This document shows positions 57,627 through 64,000 of a stretch of DNA of 64,000 nt, one piece after another (the stretch's first letter is position 1; each line of letters opens with the position of its first letter). Source of the stretch: Actinomycetota bacterium (GTDB lineage Bacteria; Actinomycetota; Acidimicrobiia; Spongiisociales; UBA5794); the NCBI GenBank assembly GCA_013151445.1, contig JAADIG010000052.1, positions 2-64,001 on the forward strand, given 5' to 3'. The notes under the pieces were generated by a model. The model saw only the letters and a list, made by a program, of their open reading frames with translations, had not been told where the DNA came from and made no database searches. Both the position numbers and the translations under genes were made by a program.

Positions 57627-58598
57627 GTGACCATTCTGGAGCCGACGGCGAATAATCGCAATCTATCCCTAGTTGCACTCTGCGGAGGCGTCGGTGGTGC
57701 GCGCCTCGTGAGGGCCCTTGACAGGCTGCTCCCGACAGCCTCGATTACCGCCATTGTGAACGTCGGTGACGACGAGAAACGCTACGGAGTGCACGTCGCA
57801 GCCGATATCGACACCGTGCTCTACACGCTGTCTGACATCGTTGGACCCCAGGGCTGGGGCATCGACGGCGATACAACGACCATGATGACCACACTGAACA
57901 AACTCGGTGTAGATACGGCGTTTCACCTGGGCGATCGCGACTTCGCCCACTGCCTGTGGCGCACCAACCGACTCTCAGAAGGATCTTCTCTCTCTGCAAC
58001 AACAACGCATTTGGCCACCACGCTCGGAGTTCGGCCAAAGGTGCTCCCCGCTACTGATGACCCAGTCGCGACTGCAGTACAGATTGCTGATGGCTCCTGG
58101 CTTACGTTCCAGGAGTACTTTGTGGAACGAGGACATCGCGACGAGGTGCGAACACTCCGATACGACGGGGCTGACGTTGCCACCGCGGCACCGGGAGTCA
58201 TCGATGCAATCGCGAACGCCGACGCGGTCATCATCGCACCATCAAACCCTCCCCTCTCCATCTGGCCAATCTTGGCGATTCCTGGCATCAGACACTCCCT
58301 CGAAACCCACGACCGCGTCATCGCCGTGAGCCCACTGTTTTCGGGGACAGCGCTCAAGGGACCCGCCCGGCAGGTACTCGAATCGCTGGGCCTTGGAAGT
58401 GGAACCGCAAGCATCTTGGCTGCCTACGATGCCCTGATCGACTATCTCATCATCGACGCCGGTGACTCGGCCGACACACAGTTGTCCAATGCCAGAACCG
58501 TCGTGGAGGCAGTCGACACCCGGCTCACGCCCGTAGATCGGGCGCAGGACCTGGTGGCAACTATCACACGCCTGATAGGAGAAACCAATGCGAATTGA
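57627..58598 (+). CDS. cofD: 2-phospho-L-lactate transferase
   Basis: LCGGVGGARL motif. AAGGAG SD 8 nt before a GTG start. Confidence 0.8.
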   Translation: MTILEPTANNRNLSLVALCGGVGGARLVRALDRLLPTASITAIVNVGDDEKRYGVHVAADIDTVLYTLSDIVGPQGWGIDGDTTTMMTTLNKLGVDTAFHLGDRDFAHCLWRTNRLSEGSSLSATTTHLATTLGVRPKVLPATDDPVATAVQIADGSWLTFQEYFVERGHRDEVRTLRYDGADVATAAPGVIDAIANADAVIIAPSNPPLSIWPILAIPGIRHSLETHDRVIAVSPLFSGTALKGPARQVLESLGLGSGTASILAAYDALIDYLIIDAGDSADTQLSNARTVVEAVDTRLTPVDRAQDLVATITRLIGETNAN

Positions 58599-59283
58599 AG
58601 TGTGGAGCGTCTCAGGTATCGGAGAGGTTTATCCCACCGACGACGTCGCCCAACATATCATCGACGCTATTGCCGTTACCCCGGAAGGTCTCGTTGCCGG
58701 CGACATCGTCGTGGTGACCCACAAAATCGTCTCCAAGGCCGAGGGGGAGATCCGATCTGCCGCGACAGACGACGAGTATCGCCGGATCATCGAATCCGAG
58801 GCCGCAGAGATTATCCGCCGCCGTGGACCGCTAGTAATCACCCAGACGCACCATGGTTTTATCTGCGCCAATGCCGGGGTTGACCGGTCAAATGTCGAAG
58901 GCGACAACGTCGTTCTCCTTCCAAGACGGCCGGACAGGTCTGCCCATCTCATCCGCATGCGGCTCGAACAGGCTTTTGGCTGTGCGATTGGTGTATTGAT
59001 CACCGACACCTTCGGCCGACCGTGGCGTCGCGGACTGACCGACGTAGCCATCGGATGTTCGGGGGTGCTATCTGTCGTCGACCTCAAGGGCAGCCATGAC
59101 ATGCAGGGACGCGTCTTGGAGGTGTCCGAGGTGGCAGTAATCGACGAGATTGCCGCAGCCGCAGACCTTGTGATGGGCAAAGCAAGCGGCAACCCGGTTG
59201 CCGTCGTGCGAGGACTAGACCTGGCCGGAAACGGTCGCGCCAGCGACCTCGTCCGCCCCGCTGCGGAGGACATGTTTCGGTGA
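58588..59283 (+). CDS. cofE: Coenzyme F420-0:L-glutamate ligase (stand-alone CofE, no nitroreductase domain)
   Basis: 231 aa with a CANAGVDRSN-type motif. Stop is followed directly by fpg. Confidence 0.85.
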   Translation: MRIEVWSVSGIGEVYPTDDVAQHIIDAIAVTPEGLVAGDIVVVTHKIVSKAEGEIRSAATDDEYRRIIESEAAEIIRRRGPLVITQTHHGFICANAGVDRSNVEGDNVVLLPRRPDRSAHLIRMRLEQAFGCAIGVLITDTFGRPWRRGLTDVAIGCSGVLSVVDLKGSHDMQGRVLEVSEVAVIDEIAAAADLVMGKASGNPVAVVRGLDLAGNGRASDLVRPAAEDMFR

Positions 59284-59286
59284 ACG

Positions 59287-60171
59287 ATGCCTGAGCTCCC
59301 CGAGATTGAAGCCTATCTCCATGCACTTCGCCCACGGATCGTGGGAGCGACGCTCGAAAACTCCCGTATCCGATCATTCTCTGTGCTCAAGACCTACGAT
59401 CCGCCCATCGCGGCCGTCCATGGAGCTGTCGTCGCAAAACTCTCGCGTCTCGGCAAACGAGTCGTTATCGAGACGGACCGCAAGATTGCCCTCGTTATCC
59501 ACCTGATGGTGGCCGGACGTTTCCAATGGCACGAAACCCCCCAACCGATTCCGAAGAGGTTAGGACTCGCAGCGTTCGACTTCTCAACTGGTTCGCTCAT
59601 GCTCACCGAGGCAGGCTCGAAGCAGCGGACCCGTTTGCATGTGGTCTCCCACAAAACCCTCACCGACCTCGACCCGGGCGGTATCGAAATCGCCACAGCG
59701 ACGCGCGACGAGTTTGTGCAAGGCCTGCTCGCGGAGCGTCATACGCTGAAACGTGCGCTCACCGACGCCCGTCATCTCTCCGGAATCGGTGGTGCGTTCG
59801 CCGACGAAATCCTTTTCCGGGCCGCACTGTCACCACTCCAGATGAACACGAACCTCGAGCCTGACGAGCTTGACCGACTCCACCTTGCGGCCGTCGACAC
59901 CCTCAACGAATGGACACGGATTCGGATCGAGGAGACAGGTGACGACTTCCCGAAAAGAGTAACTGCGTTCCACCCCGCAATGGCAGTACACGGAAAATAC
60001 GGTAAACCCTGCCCGAAGTGCCAGACATCGATCCAGCGAATCTCCTATGCACATCGGGAAACCAACTATTGTCCGGTGTGTCAGACGGGGGGGAAAATCC
60101 TCGCCGACCGATCTCTCTCACGCCTCTTGAAGGAAGATTGGCCGTCGAATGTGGACGAACTTGAAGGATAA
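59287..60171 (+). CDS. Fpg/Nei family DNA glycosylase
   Basis: MPELPEIE N-terminus and a C-terminal zinc finger CPKCQ…CPVCQ. Confidence 0.85.
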   Translation: MPELPEIEAYLHALRPRIVGATLENSRIRSFSVLKTYDPPIAAVHGAVVAKLSRLGKRVVIETDRKIALVIHLMVAGRFQWHETPQPIPKRLGLAAFDFSTGSLMLTEAGSKQRTRLHVVSHKTLTDLDPGGIEIATATRDEFVQGLLAERHTLKRALTDARHLSGIGGAFADEILFRAALSPLQMNTNLEPDELDRLHLAAVDTLNEWTRIRIEETGDDFPKRVTAFHPAMAVHGKYGKPCPKCQTSIQRISYAHRETNYCPVCQTGGKILADRSLSRLLKEDWPSNVDELEG

Positions 60172-60304
60172 AACCGCATACTGTCTGAATCTGGGCGAAA
60201 GTGACTAAACACCAACGGCAGGTACGCCGAAGTAGAACCAGGAAGTTGAAGCCGACGGGCAACACGAGATGTGGACTCGTCGGAAGACAAAGGATGATCG
60301 ACGA

Positions 60305-61672
60305 ATGCAAGAGCGGCTGAAAATCGCAGCGGTGGGAAGCGGCTATGTCGGAACGGTTGTTTCCGCCTGTTTCTCCAAACTCGGTCACGAAGTTGTCGGA
60401 GTCGAGATCGACTCCGACAAGCTCGCCCAGCTGCAGGCGGGAATTCCCCCCTTCTGGGAGGGTGGACTCGATGATCTGCTCGCCGAGCAGGTCGGTTCCG
60501 GCAACCTCACCTTCACCGATGATATGGATGCTGCACTGGCGGGAACCGACGTAATCTTTCTCTGTGTCGGAACACCATCGGGTACCGACGGTCACCCCGA
60601 TATGTCCTATGTCATCAACGCCGCACGGGCGATCGGCAGATCCTTGCAGGGACACAACGTTATCGTCACAAAGTCAACGGTTCCCATCGGGTCGGGTATG
60701 TGGCTCAACGCAACAATCGATGATGCCCTCGCTGACGCCGCGTCAAGCGCAACGTTTTCGGTTGTATCGAACCCCGAGTTCCTTCGTGAGGGAACGGCCA
60801 TCGAGGACTTCTTGCATCCCGAGCGAATCGTTCTCGGGTCCGACGACCCTGCCGCTATTGACCTCGTCCATCGTGCATTCCAGCCGATCCTCGACCAAAC
60901 CTTTGACGGTGGACGTCCCGAAGTCCAGCCGGCCATGGTTCACACCGGTCTGGTGACAGCCGAGACCGTGAAATACGCGGCAAACGCTTTTCTCGCAGCC
61001 AAGATCTCGTTTATCAACGAGATCTCTCAAATCTGTGAACGGGTGGGGGCCGATATCACCGACGTGGCCACCGCAATCGGTCTCGACTCACGCATCGGAA
61101 ACAAGTTCCTCAACGCCGGTATCGGCTGGGGTGGATCCTGTTTTGGTAAGGACCTGGACGCTCTCGCTGCCATTGCACGGGACTATGGACTGCACCCCCG
61201 CATGCTCGATGCAGTTCGCGAGGTCAACAGATCTCAGCGTCATCTCATCGTTGAGAAATTGCAAGCCGAACTCAAGACCCTTCGGGGCCGTCGTGTCACA
61301 CTCCTCGGTCTATCGTTCAAGCCCGGTACCGATGATCTCCGCGATGCACCGGCCATAGATATCGCTTCACGATTGGTACAGCTCGGGGCAACTGTTTCTG
61401 CGTTCGATCCAGTCGTCAAAACATTTGACGAGGTTCCTGAGGTGTGGATCAAGGACGACGTATACGCCGCGGTCGATCGCGCGGATGCCGTCGTCCTGAT
61501 TACTGAGTGGCCGGAATTCAAAGATGTCGACTATGGACGCGTGGCCAACGTCATGCGTGGCGACTACTTCCTCGACGGACGTAACTTCCTCGACCCGCAA
61601 GAGATGATGAGCGCCGGTCTCCACTACGGGTCCATCGGCAGACTCTCCGCCAAAGTGACCCAACCGGTCTGA
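60305..61672 (+). CDS. ugd: UDP-glucose 6-dehydrogenase family
   Basis: IAAVGSGYVGT Rossmann motif and catalytic GWGGSCFGKD. SD AAGGATGA. Confidence 0.85.
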   Translation: MQERLKIAAVGSGYVGTVVSACFSKLGHEVVGVEIDSDKLAQLQAGIPPFWEGGLDDLLAEQVGSGNLTFTDDMDAALAGTDVIFLCVGTPSGTDGHPDMSYVINAARAIGRSLQGHNVIVTKSTVPIGSGMWLNATIDDALADAASSATFSVVSNPEFLREGTAIEDFLHPERIVLGSDDPAAIDLVHRAFQPILDQTFDGGRPEVQPAMVHTGLVTAETVKYAANAFLAAKISFINEISQICERVGADITDVATAIGLDSRIGNKFLNAGIGWGGSCFGKDLDALAAIARDYGLHPRMLDAVREVNRSQRHLIVEKLQAELKTLRGRRVTLLGLSFKPGTDDLRDAPAIDIASRLVQLGATVSAFDPVVKTFDEVPEVWIKDDVYAAVDRADAVVLITEWPEFKDVDYGRVANVMRGDYFLDGRNFLDPQEMMSAGLHYGSIGRLSAKVTQPV

Positions 61673-61742
61673 CACGGACCCAGCCTCTCGGACACGCTCT
61701 GTCGCTCCTGTGAGAGCACGATCTGGTGGATCCAAAAGACCT

Positions 61743-61773
61743 CGAGGGTCCGCATATGCAGTGCGGACCCTCG
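61743..61773. terminator. Bidirectional hairpin between convergent ugd and sugar-transferase genes
   Basis: Perfect 12-bp stem cgagggtccgca / tgcggaccctcg with a 7-nt loop. Confidence 0.5.
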
Positions 61774-61803
61774 TAGAGGTAACTTGGAAATCTTCGGTTG
61801 TGT

Positions 61804-62493
61804 CTAGAAGCCGGTCCTCTTGCCCATTGCGGCCGGGATCGTACGGATCAGTATCGCCAGGTCCTTACCGAACGAGAGATTCTTCAGATACGCAAGGTCG
61901 ACATCGGTCGCCTCGTGAAGAGGAATCTCGCCTCGTTCGGAAACCTGCCACAACCCGGTAACCCCAGGCCTCACAATGTGACGCTGGTGCTGCCACGGTT
62001 CATAGTTGTTCACGATATCGACAAGCTCCGGACGAGGTCCCACCAGGCTCATACTGCCCAACAGTACGTTCCAGAACTGGGGCAACTCGTCGAGGCTGTA
62101 CTTGCGCAGGAACCCGCCGAGGGGCGTAACCCTTGGATCGTGCTCCGACTTGTGGGTGATCCTTCGGTCTGGACCCACATAGTGCATGGGGATCGCCCGC
62201 CGGTCGGAGTTCATGGTGCGCAGTTTGAACACCTTGAACGTGTCACCGTCTTTGCCTACCCGCTCCTGCACAAACAACGGGTGTTTCCCCATCGTTAAAC
62301 GGATCGCGAGCAATATTGGAATGATAAGCGGCAACGTGAGAACGCTGAGAACGAGTCCACCAACTCGGTCAAATACGGGTTTCACGAACCGCACATAAAG
62401 TGGTGATGCCACACGGACATCGACTGGTTGAACTACCGTGGCTGGTACGTCCACCGTACCAATCAAACGATTGTTAAATTCCCCCGACAACAT
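61804..62493 (-). CDS. Polyprenyl-phosphate sugar-1-phosphate transferase (bacterial sugar transferase family, WbaP C-domain-like)
   Basis: LDELPQFWNVLLGSMSLVGPRP signature. Confidence 0.85.
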   Translation of the reverse strand: MLSGEFNNRLIGTVDVPATVVQPVDVRVASPLYVRFVKPVFDRVGGLVLSVLTLPLIIPILLAIRLTMGKHPLFVQERVGKDGDTFKVFKLRTMNSDRRAIPMHYVGPDRRITHKSEHDPRVTPLGGFLRKYSLDELPQFWNVLLGSMSLVGPRPELVDIVNNYEPWQHQRHIVRPGVTGLWQVSERGEIPLHEATDVDLAYLKNLSFGKDLAILIRTIPAAMGKRTGF

Positions 62494-62754
62494 GCCTAAC
62501 CCCTATCCTGAGCCCTTGAGTTGTGCTTCGTCATCGATTCCTCGGTGACGATGCCCTTCCTTTTCCCAACAATCGTCCTCAAGCCCTGAAAACGACTACA
62601 CAGCGTGGTAACGCTGTCACCACTTTGTGTGGTATTACGAATACTACGAGGAGCTAGGCCCTTTCGTCAATGGGGCCAGCGCCTCATTTGCTGAAACACA
62701 AAGTGACTACGCGTAGCATCATCACCTATATATCAACTCGTTAAAGAAGAGTCA

Positions 62755-63921
62755 ATGAACGTTCTCCAGATACATACGAGATATCAACAAAGTGGCGGCG
62801 AGGATACCGTCGTTGCGGCCGAGGCCAACCTACTGGAACAGGCGGGCCATACGGTGCGTCTGTTCGAAGCCAAGAATGCTGGCGGATTGGCCGGTGCGAG
62901 CCAGCTCGTCGCTTCGCCGTGGAACCCACGATCAGCGCATCGACTGGCGTCAAGCATCCAGGGTGAGCGACCCGATGTGGCCCACATCCACAACACCTGG
63001 TTTGCGATGTCACCCTCTGTCGTGCGCCGGTTACGAGCGGCGGGAGTACCGACCGTGATGACGTTGCACAACTACCGGCTCGTGTGTGCCAACGCCCTGC
63101 TGTTGCGCGACGGCCGACCCTGCGAGTTGTGCGTGACAGGCTCCCCGAGCCAGGCAATCCGGTATGGGTGTTACCGGTCGCGACCCGAATCCGTCGTTGC
63201 CGCTGGTGCAATCGCTCTTGCGGCGAAGACCGACGTGTGGGGAAAAAACGTCGATGTGTTCCTCGCCCTCACGGACTTTATGAAAACCATCATGGTGCGA
63301 GCCGGCCTCCCCGCTGAGAAGATCGTTGTAAAACCAAACTTCACTGTCGACCCCGGACCGCGCATCCGGCCTGCCGACCAATCCGATACGGTGATCTTCG
63401 TTGGTCGACTATCGGAGGAAAAGGGAGCACACCGGCTACTCGAAGCGTGGCGCGCGGCTCCGCCAAGCAATCTCCGACTCAAGATTGTCGGTGACGGGCC
63501 GCTGCGATCGATCCTGGAAGCCAAGGCGCCATCGTCGGTCGAGTTTCTCGGGTCTATTCCTCATGCCGAAGTTCCCGTCCTGCTCAGGTCGGCCAGAGCG
63601 ATGGTGTTCCCCTCCACCTGGTACGAGGGTCTGCCCATGACGATCATCGAGGCCTTCGCTTCGGGATTGCCGGTCCTGGCAAACAATCTCGGCGCAATGG
63701 CGTCGGTCGTCAAACCGCTCGGGGAACGCTGGTTGGTACCGGCCACCGATACGACAAATGTCGATCCGTGGATCGATGCCCTCACCCGTCTCTCGGATTC
63801 GTCGGCGATTGGAGCCGCCAGTGCGCAGGCCCGGGCAGCATATGAGGCGTCCTACACCCCCAAGGCGAACCTCACCGCTCTCACCGGTGCCTATCAACGA
63901 GCCCGTGAGACCGCAACGTGA
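62755..63921 (+). CDS. GT4 family glycosyltransferase
   Basis: E-x7-E retaining GT4 motif region (…FPSTWYEGLPMTIIEAFASGLPV…). Confidence 0.85.
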   Translation: MNVLQIHTRYQQSGGEDTVVAAEANLLEQAGHTVRLFEAKNAGGLAGASQLVASPWNPRSAHRLASSIQGERPDVAHIHNTWFAMSPSVVRRLRAAGVPTVMTLHNYRLVCANALLLRDGRPCELCVTGSPSQAIRYGCYRSRPESVVAAGAIALAAKTDVWGKNVDVFLALTDFMKTIMVRAGLPAEKIVVKPNFTVDPGPRIRPADQSDTVIFVGRLSEEKGAHRLLEAWRAAPPSNLRLKIVGDGPLRSILEAKAPSSVEFLGSIPHAEVPVLLRSARAMVFPSTWYEGLPMTIIEAFASGLPVLANNLGAMASVVKPLGERWLVPATDTTNVDPWIDALTRLSDSSAIGAASAQARAAYEASYTPKANLTALTGAYQRARETAT

Positions 63922-64000
63922 CCCGCGTGGAATTCGGCAAAGTTCCGTGGTGAACGGCCGATACAAAGACCGGTAGCCCATAGAGACACTGAGTCGGTAG

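Overview
High-GC (~65%) chromosomal segment of an actinobacterium-like organism. The taxonomic guess rests on a mycothiol-dependent DinB-type enzyme, F420 biosynthesis genes cofD and cofE, and mycobacterial-type local synteny. No transposases, integrases, CRISPR arrays or rRNA/tRNA genes were seen. I did not find one single clearly novel 'system'; the window is mainly core/housekeeping with several accessory blocks, and findings 3, 5, 7 and 10 are the strongest leads. The window contains:
- Housekeeping block: threonine-synthase-like gene, rdgB, rph, MBL phosphodiesterase, a coupled MDMPI-like/arcA/JAMM operon, pfkA and a YbaK deacylase.
- Cell-envelope cluster built around four paralogous secreted proteins. 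They share a divergent, cysteine-containing SLH-like repeat, present in one copy (at 8149..8961) and in 3, 2 and 3 copies in the others. One also has a beta-helix polysaccharide-lyase-like domain and one has duplicated FN3-like modules. Two M23 peptidases, a lipoprotein and a frameshifted GNAT gene are interspersed.
- DUF1684 gene flanked by two paralogous 60-aa membrane proteins.
- AhpD/CMD-family gene whose conserved CxxC is encoded as C-x-x-TGA in frame with an open downstream reading frame. This is a candidate CxxU selenoprotein.
- ~10-kb minus-strand operon for reductive pyrimidine/beta-alanine catabolism: beta-ureidopropionase, omega-aminotransferase, dihydropyrimidinase, mmsA, an LLM-family flavin/F420 oxidoreductase and a NitT/TauT ABC importer. 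A divergent MocR regulator sits upstream. There is no recognizable dihydropyrimidine dehydrogenase.
- Translation/division block: membrane protein, ssrA (tmRNA), smpB, an EnvC-like M23 peptidase, ftsX, ftsE with a 15-bp tandem-repeat tail, prfB with the canonical CTT-TGA-C +1 frameshift, and secA.
- Response-regulator/HEAT-repeat/HD-GYP module inserted between hpf and secA, then comF and a divergent FtsH-like protease.
- Glycan/EPS genes: manB, a Trm112-like mini-ORF, a GT2/GtrA/large GT-C-like trio, small zinc-ribbon proteins including DUF3499, a thioredoxin-like protein, a secreted DUF protein plus a GT2-membrane fusion, cofD, stand-alone cofE, fpg, ugd, a phosphoglycosyl transferase and a GT4.
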